From: Marsupella aquatica
Lineage: Eukaryota; Plantae; Marchantiophyta
Assembly (NCBI GenBank): GCA_973895155.1
Contig: OZ316892.1
Location: forward strand, 13,265,270-13,329,269
Direction: 5' to 3'
DNA length: 64,000 nt
Position 1 is the stretch's first letter. Every line of letters begins with the position of its first letter. The notes beneath the pieces are model-generated. The model worked only from the letters and a program-made list of their open reading frames with translations. It did not search any database and had not been told where the DNA came from. Positions 24,504-36,094 of the stretch are shown here, piece after piece. Made by a program: the position numbers and the translations under genes.

Positions 24504-25266
24504 GCATTTGAAAACAGTCAGGAGTTTTACTTGTAAGTAAGGGATGTTTACACCAAAACATTAGTCTCGAGAAGCTTACTTGAATGTGAAGCAATTGCTG
24601 CTCTCAACAGTCGATACTGCGCTTGACGGATTTTTGAATTCCCATCGTCTGCAGCACTGTGCTGTCTTTCAAGATTACGATCCGCTTTTATCGATTCGAG
24701 GAAGTTTGTTTCATCGGGAAGCGGCTCTTCTTCGTCAAGAATTCAATTACATTCAGTTTGACCTGAGAAACTTGGAGTTATTTCTGGCCCGCGAGCATCC
24801 TTTTGGAGTCTGTCGACGACATTCTAAGTTTGTAGGCGAAATTTTGTCTCCAAGATCCAAGATCGAGCTCGTCAAAACCAACCTGTCGTGGTGAATTGGA
24901 GATTGCTTATCGTCTAATGACCGTGCTGTAGGCTTGGTAAGTGTTCGTGGCTGGATGTTTTGTCATGCTCAGCAAAACAACGGCAAGTAAGGTTGTCTGC
25001 CAGAATCCGCATTAAATTAGGATGGTATGAACCTTCTTGAGGAATGACGCGTTGAGGTAGAAGGTTTACCAACTCATTTTCTGGAATTGGAGAGGCTATC
25101 TTCCAACCCGTCGGTTCTTGATTTCTTTTCCCGACGCTTCTAGGATCTCCATCAAAGCTACCTTGCCCTTTTAATTTGGTTAAGCTCCCCGTCCCCAACC
25201 GTCTGTGGAATTGCTCGAGGAGATGATAACGTTTGTGAGGTTGACAGGCAATTGATTGGGAAGCAA

Positions 25267-28200
25267 ATGGCGCTTTCGGAGACCGGTAAATGGCTCGAGC
25301 AGGCTTTATTGACAGTCAGCTCAGATGGAGATTCTGTGCTTCATTTGGACTTGGAAACACTTCACAGTTTGGTTTCCTACTGCGAGAGGGCTCCTCCTCT
25401 AGATGCTGAGCAGTATCTTCTGGTATTGTATTTTCAGACAACTGTCTTCATAGCGAATTTGATTTTCACAATTAAATTGTCAGTAGAGGTTTTGAGAGAA
25501 TTGTCGTCGCACAAGGTCACTAGTATGTAGTATGGTCCTCAGAGACTTCCTAGGATGGGGCTGTATTCTCAAATACTCTCAACAAAAGCAAATGTGCGAA
25601 TTTTTCTTTATTCCATCCCCGCTTTGTGTTACTAAGGAGCTCTTACTCAGTTAATTTATTATGGAGGGGATCGCAAGGATTTTCAGTCTAGGAATCCCTT
25701 ATTGAGGGAGGAAAGGTTCTGAGTAAAGGAATTTTGCGTCCGAGTAGTTGTCTTTCGCTTTTGCAAATTACGAGAAAAGTATAGAAAGAGGCTGATGCAG
25801 ACGTACAGTTTTGTCAGAGAGAATGCAAGGCAAATGTAGGTTTCCTCTAGATCAATCATGAGCACTCTGATTCCCTCTTGGAAATAAGTCAAAAGAGAAG
25901 AGTGGCAAGGTCTTGCGTAGGGCCGAGCAGGTGGCTGGGGGATCTGTGTTTATTCGCTTTCTGAGCTGTAACGAGACTATTGAACTGCAGAACATTGTGG
26001 GAGATGACAGATGCAAGGATATCGTAGCAGAATATTTACAAAGAAGGGGCGTCACAGAAAATGCAGCTGATGTGGGACTGCAAGCATATCAGAAGCCACG
26101 TCACGAGGAGCAGTGGTCGAGTGGAAATAAAAAAAACCCGAAGCAAAAACCAGGAGGAGTCACTGAAGGACCAGGGAGTGTGTCAACACCACCGAAGGAT
26201 CCGGATCATAAATCACCTCTATATTCTGGCAATGGAGTGCTCTCAGCAGAGAACGTAATACAGAAAGGAAAACGACCAGTTGGTAAAGGGAAAAAGGGTG
26301 GGAAAGGAATATCACTCGCAGAAGCTTCAAAGGGACTCGTGGTATTTGCACGAAATGGTCCCTGCGACTGTCAGTGTACTCGGCACAAGCTTGTGAATAA
26401 TTGCCTTTCCTGTGGGAGGATAGTTTGTGAGCAAGAAGGGGAAGGGCCGTGTCATTTCTGTGGTGTCCTTGTCTTGAGGGAGGGCAGTGACTATGGCGGC
26501 CTTGAAGGTTTGTCAGTCCCGCCTGCAACAGAAGCAGAGGCTGCAGCCGAGGAGTTCAAGAACAGGCTAGTGGAATATGATCGTACTGCAGCATCTAGGA
26601 CAACAGTTATTGATGATCAGAGTGACTACTTTGAGATTGAGGGAAACACATGGCTGAGTGAGAAGGTACAATCATGTCTGTCATATTAGAAAATGTCGAT
26701 TTTTGTGAGTTAGTGGGGTGCATTTTCTTGTGGCAATTAATAATGCGAACTTGAGAACTGAAGGGTATTTTATTTTTTTCATGCCAGGAGAAGAAGTTGC
26801 TGCAAGAGAGACTAATGGACGAAGAGCGCAATGAAGAGGAACGCCGAAAGCGTGTTATTGTAACTATAGATCTCCTTGGGCGAAAGGTAAAATTCCTTCC
26901 TCCTGTTCCAGTGAGCGCCGAGGTCCAGCGTAACATCATTTTCAGAGATCTAATATGAGCTTGAACTTGGCAACGAATTCTCCAGGGCATCTCAATCGTA
27001 GATGTGGTTAGTTTTGTTCAATAATTGAGATTTGATGTACTGGAAAGCATGTTTTAATTCCTCCAGCAGGTTGTTGTTGCAGGCCAAGAAGATGGGAACG
27101 ACACTGGAGAAAGTGTGTCTGTTTTGGGAAGTGAGGTGTTTGTGGACCAAGATCCTCCAAAGGTGCCTCGTGTGAAGCCCAATCCACATCTTTCAGAAGC
27201 ACCCATGTTTATTGACACCATACAATCTACTCCAACTGACAGTTCGAGTATCGCCGAGGCGAAATTGTCATCAGCAAGGAAATCCACCGAAGTCCGTAGA
27301 AGTAGTAGAATCCAACATGATGACCCTATCTTGGAGGCTTTGATTGGTCATAATCTAAATGACTCGGGAAGCATGGGGGCACAAAAGTCAAATGTATGGC
27401 AAAGTCCCAAAGCACCACCTTTGGGTCAGGGAAAACAAGAGAATTCTTCAAATTGTGAAGCTGAAGTGGCAGTTTCGCAGGATCCTCTCAGAACTAGTAG
27501 AAACAACGGTATATCCGGAAAGGTACAACCTAACGCAACTGGCAATCATGTAAGCAATGATGAAATTCGGACCACTTTTGATATCTGCCTCCCACGGGGA
27601 ACAGGAAAGTCAAAACCTGTTGTGTTGTCACCTTCCGTTCTCATGCTGAAGCAAATGAAGAGGAAGGAAGCACTGAGTGAAACAAGTGGCGAGAACAAGC
27701 AACCAAACAGAGTTTTGCTCCCAGGGATGATACTGCTGAAGAGATGGCTATCTCCAGAACAGCAGGTAAAAAATGATTTCAAATCTTGTGCTTGCTTTCT
27801 ATAGCAGGAATTTTCCTGCAAGAGTTCTAGTCATTCCAGTTTACTCGGTTTCCATGTCTTGTCTTCGTTATCTTGTCTGAAGTCTTCCTCGCACCTGAGG
27901 AGAATTGCTACCTACTAGCTTGCTCCGTGTTGCATGGCCCGCAGTTATATCATTTGCTTCTGACAGGTTTAAAAATTGGTCAACGCTGGATGAGCCCAGA
28001 TAGTACAGTTGTCGGCCGCCATTGTTGATGCCAACCCTTGCACAACAGGCAGAAATATGTGACTCTTTCTCACAAGTACTTTAATTTCCGTATGATCTTG
28101 GCCGTACCTCTCACAGAATTACACCTCATTATTCTGTATATTCTCGATTTGGGTTGCAGGCGGATATTGTGAACTACTGTCGGACTGTGGGCATAGGGCC

Positions 28201-29044
28201 CGGAGGATTTTATCAACCTCAATCTGGAGTCAATGCCAAGATGAACCTTCAAATGATGTGTCTAGGAATGCAGTGGCAGCCAACAACTAAATCTTATGGG
28301 ACCCACCGGTCACACTACGATAACGCTGTTGCCCCTTCAATACCAGATTCTTTCACTCGGTTGGTTGACAAAGCTCTTTTAGCAGCCCGAGTTGCTTCCA
28401 CCCAAGATTCAGGAGGAAAATCAAAACGAGTTCAACTGGATAAACACTCCCCAGTGCCCGAAATGGTTCCAAATGTCTGCATTGTAAACTACTATGAGCG
28501 TAGTGGGACTCTTGGAATGCATCAGGTATATTTGATAAGCTTTGTCTGTTTTTGTCCTCTGAACTGCGAGCTATGATCTATTGAGCGATAAATGCCAACA
28601 TAAGCAGTCAAACTATTAGCTTGAGAATATTTACGATGGTCAATTTTGCAAGGTGTTCCTGCAATCTCTGGTTTAATCGGTTTTTGAGGGGATATACACC
28701 TCAACGTAGTCAAATTTAAAACCCAGTGAAGGTTTGCCTAACATCAATATTCGTTTCCTGTGTCACAGGACAAGGATGAAAGTGCAGAGAGTTTGCAGAA
28801 AGAGTGTCCAGTTGTATCTTTTTCAATTGGAGACTCAGCTGAGTTCGTGTATGGGAAACAACCAGATGTATCAAATGCTGACAAGGTGGTCCTGGAATCT
28901 GGTGATGTGCTAATTTTTGGTGGCCCTTCCCGAATGATCTATCATGGGGTCACTAAAGTGATCTCTGACACCAGTCCTAGGTGGCTGGTTGAGACGACCA
29001 ATCTGCGGCCTGGCCGGCTCAATCTTACATTTCGAGAATATTGA
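25267..29044 (+). CDS. Fusion of ASC-1/TRIP4-like (zf-C2HC5) protein and ALKBH1-type 2OG-Fe(II) dioxygenase; exons 25267-25422, 25991-26665, 26788-26886, 27070-27765, 28160-28525, 28769-29044
   Basis: ASC-1 motifs CDCQCTRHKLVNNCLSCGRIVCEQEGEGPCHFCG, FKNRLVEYDR...TTVIDDQSDYF, VTIDLLGRKV. AlkB motifs LLPGMILLKRWLS, GGFYQP, MMCLG, CIVNYY...LGMHQDKDES, VVSFSIGDSAEF, LESGDVLIFGG..R.IYHGV, RLNLTFR. All introns are phase-0 GT-AG; the junction lies inside exon 4. Confidence 0.85.
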
Positions 29045-30300
29045 TCGAGTCGATTGATACTTTTTGGCAAGATTAGTAGCGAAGAGAAGGATTAAGGATG
29101 TTCTCGAAACGACGGCCAGCTCGGGATATATGCTAATCTCTGATGGTTTGCCTGCACCTGAAGTACGAACGTTTGACCATTCAGCGTCCCCCATGAGCGT
29201 TGTTTCCAGCCAGTCGGTTGCTTTTCACACATGATCTTCAGATGGGGTTGAATCTAGACGCAGTTGAGAGCATTGGAATTCAATGCCATAAATTTGCAGA
29301 GACAACCTAGCGTTTGAATCTCACAAACTACATATATGCGACTCTTTTCCACGCGTCAGGGTTTGTTTACTCCAGAATTTTTCTCACCATTTGGAGGAAC
29401 CGTCCACTCATCTCAGCTCATGAAAGTTCCACTCGTAAACTCCGTTATCCTCGATCAATAGAAAGCTGGACAAGATGTGAAATTTTGAAACAATTGAATC
29501 CTGAGAGCATGGATTTAACCGGTGTGTACTATTGTAAATCAACCACCAGGAAGCCGGAAATTTTCTCGAAGAATGGCATGTGCTAACGTGTGTTGGAAAG
29601 ACAACTACATATTAGCAGAAATAGGCTTCTGCAAGCACTGAACAGAAAAGTAACGAGTACAGCGAGTGCCAAAAATGGTAGGCACTGCTCATTAATGGTT
29701 GGAAAGATCTAACTGGTCAGGCATTTCCCGCAAGTCTGCCCTCTGAAGCAACTCCCAAATATATTAAAGTAACTCCAAAACCTCCTTACTGAGCCCTTTC
29801 AATCTCAACTGCCCCGATGGTCATACTGAGCAATTGCTGGCCAAAGTCCTGCGTACATTACTAGTTTTATGACCTGAAGTCCGTCTTTTCGAACATTGAA
29901 GATGTGAACATAACTGAGAGTGATGGCACAAATGAAGAGCACAATGCTTAATATTGTTGTGAAATGGCATACATCATATTCTGCCCTAACACTGCTTGAT
30001 TGCAGGGACTAAGCTGCACAAATTCCCAGCTCGAGCTACTGCAGCTTCTGAACATGGGCGATCCAAACAATGTAGATGACCCCTCGAGTACCTCACTAGA
30101 TTGAGAGGTGAAGTACTAGCGGTGGAATCATTGCTAATATAGGTGATAGTTGTCGAAATGTCAGCTGACTAGCCTCTCCACGTGGGGTTCCCATGATAAA
30201 GACGTGATGACAAGGGACTACAAGCAAATCAGGGATTCGAGAAGAAATGTCCTCGACTATTCCCTACAACTACAGGGGAAGCAACGCAAGGTCTGAGTAG

Positions 30301-31557
30301 CTAGACTTTACTCAGGACTACTTCTGGGCTCTGCTTTGTCCAAGCGGAAATTAAGTGGTGAGCTATGGCATAAGGTCCTGGTACATACACCGGAGGAAGT
30401 CCCAGAGTTGGAACCCCATCGGATTTCTTTCTGTCTCCTCCCATGCCTGCCTGCCAAATCTTGAGAATGGCATCCTCTTGTTGTTCCCTGTAGTCTGTGT
30501 GGGTGAGCGCTTGCTTGACCTGTTCTCGACTGAACCACTGTGCATCTTCCAGCTCCACTCCATCTACGTTGATGTCAAAGCTCTCGGCATAAGCGAAAAA
30601 GCCAACCATCAGCTGGCATGACATCCCACTAGGGCCTACTGGCCAGGGTTGCGAGCTGTGGTAGACAATTTCCCCGACTCTGATGCCCACCTCTTCGAAT
30701 GTCTCTCTCCTTACAGCCTCTTCCAAGCTCTCTCCTGCCTCGATGAATCCCGCGAGACAACTCCACATGCGTGCCGCAAATCGAGACTGACGACCGAATA
30801 TGACCCTATCCCTCTCTTTGTCGATGACCAGCATGATGACGACTGGGTCCATTCTAGGATATGCCTTTTGCTTGCAAGCCGGGTCGGTGCACTGACGCCT
30901 CTCCCCTGCTTCGATGGGCACGGTCTTAGTCCCACAACGCCCACAGTATTGAGCTGCCTTGTGCCACTCCGTGATCGCCCTTGCATGCCCTGCGATGGAG
31001 AGCTCTTCCCTGGCTTGCTTCCTGTCCCACTCTGTAGCTACCATCAGCAATCTCAAATCCACGAAAGAAACCCTGATGTTAGAATTGCTGTTTTCCGGTG
31101 CTGAGAACAACCCAGCCATGCTCTCGGCCTTGCCTCTCTCGTGACCCGACGACGATGACGACGAGACATCAATTGCGAACGAGGGTATTCCATCCTTTTC
31201 TCCGAGATAAACCACTTTATCAAACTCCCGACTCAGCCGACTCAATTCCCCTGAATGGTCCTCCCCTTGCCTGGCTGTGCCTTCCTCGCTATCATCAGAC
31301 AAAGAGCTCAAACTGATATGTACCTTTGTCCCGAAATTGTGCAAAGGCTGCCAAGCAAGACTCCAAGAAAGCGATCCTTCTGGGGAACGAGACGTGGCAA
31401 TGAGTGGCTTGCCATCACAAACGGGGAGCAAACGAGCTCCGCCCTTAGCTTTCACTGCCTCACCCGTCAAGAGATCATGCAACCCCTGAGGATTGACATG
31501 GCTTCGCTTTTCTGCCAGAAGAGGATTTCCAGCAAAGATGTTGACGAGCTCCTTCAT
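30301..31557 (-). CDS. NUDT19: NADH pyrophosphatase (NudC family, NUDT19-like), intronless
   Basis: FAGNPL N-terminus; zinc ribbon CGRCG...CTDPAC; YPRMDPVVIMLV; Nudix box GFIEAGESLEEAVRRETFEEVG; SQPWP; PGPYAIAHHLI; C-terminal SKV. Confidence 0.93.
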   Translation of the reverse strand: MKELVNIFAGNPLLAEKRSHVNPQGLHDLLTGEAVKAKGGARLLPVCDGKPLIATSRSPEGSLSWSLAWQPLHNFGTKVHISLSSLSDDSEEGTARQGEDHSGELSRLSREFDKVVYLGEKDGIPSFAIDVSSSSSSGHERGKAESMAGLFSAPENSNSNIRVSFVDLRLLMVATEWDRKQAREELSIAGHARAITEWHKAAQYCGRCGTKTVPIEAGERRQCTDPACKQKAYPRMDPVVIMLVIDKERDRVIFGRQSRFAARMWSCLAGFIEAGESLEEAVRRETFEEVGIRVGEIVYHSSQPWPVGPSGMSCQLMVGFFAYAESFDINVDGVELEDAQWFSREQVKQALTHTDYREQQEDAILKIWQAGMGGDRKKSDGVPTLGLPPVYVPGPYAIAHHLISAWTKQSPEVVLSKV

Positions 31558-34002
31558 CCTTCAATTTGTGAATTGCTCCTGCTGTCTGTGATTCGGAGGA
31601 CCTTTGAGGCACTGTCAACCCTCCGGTTTCAGACCACAAGTTCGCTAAAGTTCTCGACGTTCATGAGTACGGTCCAGTAGTATCCTTCTGTATGGTACCA
31701 AAAGTAAACACAGCTCCTCTCGTGGACAGAGCCCTCAAAAGAGCTCCTTATTACAATTCAACTGGCCCACAAAGTGCTGAGTTCAACAAAGTTATCAACA
31801 CTTTCATGAAAAACAATTTCTATTGATGGACGAGTTCCCCTGTATCTCCTCACAGTGCTCAGTGGATGGATATTGCAGATACTGACTTTCTCACCAACGC
31901 ATCATTAAAGGTCAAATTAGAGCAGAGATCCAGATCTACTAACTATGCTCTAACTGCCCTCCTTTTTCGGCAGAAGCTTCAGCCCAACCCCTTCCGCCAA
32001 AGGGTCGTGTATTTTTGCTACTGGCGATTGATCACAAATTCGAAGCCAGGTGAATTCTCATGGGACTTGAATTTAACATTTTCAATTTCTTCGATCTATG
32101 CTCCTTTTCAACTCCTGCAAGAGATCTTTCTTTCGTCGATGAGGGAATCGAATTCAATCGCAACTCTGTAGGTCACCAGTTATACACCAAGTTGTCAAAA
32201 TTGTCGTTGGAATAACATGGTCCTATAATGAATTAACTACAATCCCGAATTTACTACATCACCTCAGAAAAGGGCGGGCCTCCTGCCTGGGACAGAAGAA
32301 AAATTAGGACTCTCTTGTTGTGCGTTCGAATTTCAAAGGCAAGACAACAAATCTAGTTCAATCGAGTACCCACCAAACTATTTTACAACACAAACAAACG
32401 AAGCGATGTGCTCGTCTGTGGATCAAAGATTCCCCTAAATTAATCCCACAGTCGGTAGACTACTGCACACAATTGCAGGCCTTGTGATCTCGATTCAGCA
32501 GACTCAGAACTGGTTTCTCTACACCGTAACTCAGATACGTCCACACAAAGAAATGGTTCACGAGATGGATCCTTTCCACCTTCAGCCAATCTAAGGCTGC
32601 AAGACCCTAGTACCGTCGATATCGAATCTGTGCCCCTTTACTCGACGGACGGAATGCCACCCACGACAGATCTTCTCGGATGTGTGGATGAAAAATTCCC
32701 GCCTGCTTCGAACCCCTGGAAATTGAGGCAGTGATTGAAAACCGAGGCCTTACCCAATTAGCTCCAAGCTCGCCAATACTCAGGAATTTATCGAGATTCT
32801 CAACACTGCCTTTTTAACCAATAGGAGTCCCAAATAAGCTCTGTCGTTTTTCTAGAGACTGGCTTTCCCGCACTTTACTCGAAATCGAGTTCGTGCGAAA
32901 GTTCCAGGGCTCCTAATAGATTACTGTATAAATGCAATCGATCAGCGGTTCCAAGCCCCAAATAACCTCTCCCTGAGCTGGCTTGCCTACTACATCAAGC
33001 GGTTTCTTTCTCACAGGCTCTCGCTATTTTCAGAGAATCATCACTGACTGAGAAAAGTTCCCCACTGTGGAGATACAAAATTTTACTCCCTCCTGGTTTT
33101 ATAGTATCGATCATTTCTTAATCTTTGAATTCGCCGCACGTCACTTTTCCACAGCACCTACTTTTGCCTAGCCCACCTCGATCTACAAGCTATGGCCATC
33201 GTCGCAACCGTATCGTCCTGCCTACAAAGCGTAGGACCTTTTCGTTCACCGTTCAGGACAGTCGAATATTTTTCCTCTTTCGAAAACTGCAGATCACATT
33301 TTTCAGCTCGTTCATCACTAACTTTTACTGTACGAAACTAAATGTAGGTCGCTGCGACACCTCCGTAGCCTTTGACTCAAACTTTAACGACACGGGAGCG
33401 GAACAGAGAGAATAATTTGTCACCTTCGCCGAGGAGAAGCCCGCCGTTGGCAAACCTCCCACTGGTCGACGACGATCCGGGGCCTCATTATTATTACAGT
33501 ACCTCAAGTCTGAAGACGTCAAGAATGTCCTCAGCGAGAACCGTGCCGTCTCTTCTAATGTAGTGCAGAATTTGAGGGAGGCTTACAAGAACGAGCAGGC
33601 GGCCACGTCCGCCTTTAGGAACGTACATTCCATCCAAGCCATTCATTTAGATGAGTGGTCATTCTTGACTCTAGAACAACAGAGGTGACTCCAATAGTGG
33701 TGACGCTGTACTCTGAACAATACCCCGATCCATCTGGGAACTTTCGAGTAAAGTACGTGGCCAAGGATTGGGGGATATGCACTGGATGGTCCATATGTTT
33801 GCACTGCAATCCATGGCGATCTTTGAGTGTGCAGCTACAAGTGGTGGGTTTGAATTGCTTTGAATGGAATTTTGCTAGGAAGAGAGCTGTGATCACCAAG
33901 GAAGGGAAGGTCTGCACCGAGAGAGAGTCGGAGAGGTACACTGCTGCGCACCTATGCCGTTGTGACGTAGGAGCGGAGGAGCTGAATCGAAAACTCAAAG
34001 AA

Positions 34003-34752
34003 ATGACGACGAGCTCACCTGTGCTTCCATGGGTCGGATCTTCTTCGACCGTTCTGAAACACCTGCCAGTTTCGCTAGCTGGGTATCAAAGGCTTCACTA
34101 CGGTCGTAGTGTCTCTGTGACATCACTTTCGTCTCTCTCTCTCTTCCCGGCATCGCCTTCTTCTTCTTCTCCTTCTTCTACCTTGAGCTCTCTTAGAGTC
34201 CAGAATCGCTTCCAACACCCTTTTCCCGGTCAAAACTATTTACGAAGCCAGTCAAGAAGTTCCCATGGCAGCAAGGAAATGTCAGGGAAGCTGCTAGCCG
34301 TGAGCTCTTTCTCGGGAAGCACTCCTGTGACCGAGAGCGAAGAAGTTTTCTTCGACGGTGGAGTGCACTTCGGAGATTTGGTGGTAAATTTAGTCTTCGG
34401 GCTCACTCTGGTGTGGGTGCCATTGACGTTGACGGCCGTCTTCCGCAACCTATTTCTCCGCTACCGCTTCACTAATTTGCGGGTCACGGTGCAGTCCGGG
34501 GTGCTGGGAGGCGACCGCAAGGACTTCTCATATGATGTCGTCAAAGACGTGAAGGCCGTGCCTCGCTTTATTGGAGAGTGGGGCGACATGGCTATTGAAT
34601 TGAAGGATGGCACCATTGTTGACATTCGTTGCGTGCCCAAGTTTCGGGAGATTGCCAAGTACATTCAAGAGAGAGCAGCAGGAACACCGAAATCAGGGAC
34701 CGCTTCTTCATCCCCTGCCAGGGAAGGCACACGCAAGAAGGGATTCTCTTGA
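34003..34752 (+). CDS. Plastid-targeted bacterial-PH-domain (bPH_2-like) membrane protein of cyanobacterial type
   Basis: ATG at 34003; Ser-rich transit peptide; conserved core EEVFFDGGxHxGDLxxNL...LRYRFTNLRVTV.SG...DFSY..VKDV..VPRFIGEWGD...LKDGT.VD.R.VPKFREIAKY. Confidence 0.85.
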   Translation: MTTSSPVLPWVGSSSTVLKHLPVSLAGYQRLHYGRSVSVTSLSSLSLFPASPSSSSPSSTLSSLRVQNRFQHPFPGQNYLRSQSRSSHGSKEMSGKLLAVSSFSGSTPVTESEEVFFDGGVHFGDLVVNLVFGLTLVWVPLTLTAVFRNLFLRYRFTNLRVTVQSGVLGGDRKDFSYDVVKDVKAVPRFIGEWGDMAIELKDGTIVDIRCVPKFREIAKYIQERAAGTPKSGTASSSPAREGTRKKGFS

Positions 34753-35514
34753 AAGCACCGGGCTCTCCAGTTCCTCTCAATTATTGGCGATTAGAATTGG
34801 AATGAGATTTTAGTCAAGCAGGGTAGGGCATCTAGAAGACATCTTAATTGTGCAGCATTGTACTGCTGTTGTAAAACAGTGGCATTTTTTAATCATTGAC
34901 CGGAAGGTGGCTGCAAGGCCGTATCTCGGTTCACAACAATCAGCTCACCTGTACAATATGGACGTGTTCACTCGAAGATAAGATTTATGAAGCAAGGTGG
35001 GTATGATTTTGTTGCTTTCCATCAAGTCCTTTAGTTTGGTCTCGAGATCAATTCCATGATTATATCACAGTCCTTCCACTTTTTCAGCCAAATGTATTAA
35101 GTACATCCCAGCGTTTTGGAGGTCCATCCAGCTTCAACTTCGTAAAAATTGGCCGTCCATCCTCAGCCTCGACTTCCTAAGATTTGGCCAGTGAGTCAGT
35201 AAAATTTGGGCCTGAATGGTCGAGCCAGCAAAAGCAAATTTATTCGGGCGGATTGCAGGCCTGACTTGTCCAGCCCTGCCTAACCTAACCCATGTTGAAT
35301 TAACAAGCATTCACATTAGGCCATTTGGCTTGAGCGACATAGATTTGGGTTTGGGAGGCAGGGAACAACTTGCTAGGCCCCCCCCAAATGTGCTGTCGAT
35401 GGTGGTCGGCATTTGATCTTTGCCAATAATATGCAAAAGTTATCACGATGCAGCCGAAGCGGAACAATGAGCCCATCAGTACCATAATAGTCGCTAAAGT
35501 CTAGGCATGACCTG

Positions 35515-35765
35515 CGTGTGACACTGTTATCCCTTTTTGTTCTTTGCTCAAATTCTATTGCCCATACATTTCCGTTTTCATGTCACACAAAACTCGGCAA
35601 AGTCAGTGGAGGCAGCAATGTCAGTGGAAGCAATCCATCGTGTGACACTGTTATCCTTTTTTGTTCTTTGCTCAAATTCTATTGCCCATACATTTCCGTT
35701 TTCATATCACACAAAACTCAGCTAAGTCAGTGGAGGCAGCAATGTCAGTGGAAGCAATCCATCGT
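35515..35765. repeat. About 124-bp tandem duplication
   Basis: CGTGTGACACTGTTATCC...GGAAGCAATCCAT twice with few mismatches. Confidence 0.9.
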
Positions 35766-35769
35766 GGAG

Positions 35770-36094
35770 GAGACATGGGAGACCGAAATCAAAGGTTGGA
35801 TGGGAGTTTAATTGAGAGAAAATTGAGTGTAACCAATGTCTAACCAACAGATAGAAAAGGAAATAAAATTGACTGGCTATGATACGTTATGGGTAGACAT
35901 GAAGGCTCTGGTGAAGTTGACATGAAACTGACGAGACATGGGAGACCGAAATCAAAGGTTGGATGGGAGTTTAATTGAGAGAAAATTGAGTGTAACCAAT
36001 GTCTAACCAACAGATAGAAAAGGAAATAAAATTGACTGGCTATGATACGTTATGGGTAGACATGAAGGCTCTGGTGAAGTTGACATGAAACTGA
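35770..36094. repeat. About 163-bp tandem duplication
   Basis: GAGACATGGGAGACCGAAATC...GACATGAAACTGA twice. Confidence 0.9.

Noticed and set aside
33655-34002. 116-aa N-terminal extension of the 365-aa ORF
   Set aside because: It starts at GTG and has no recognisable features; ATG 34003 followed by a Ser-rich transit peptide is the more plausible start.
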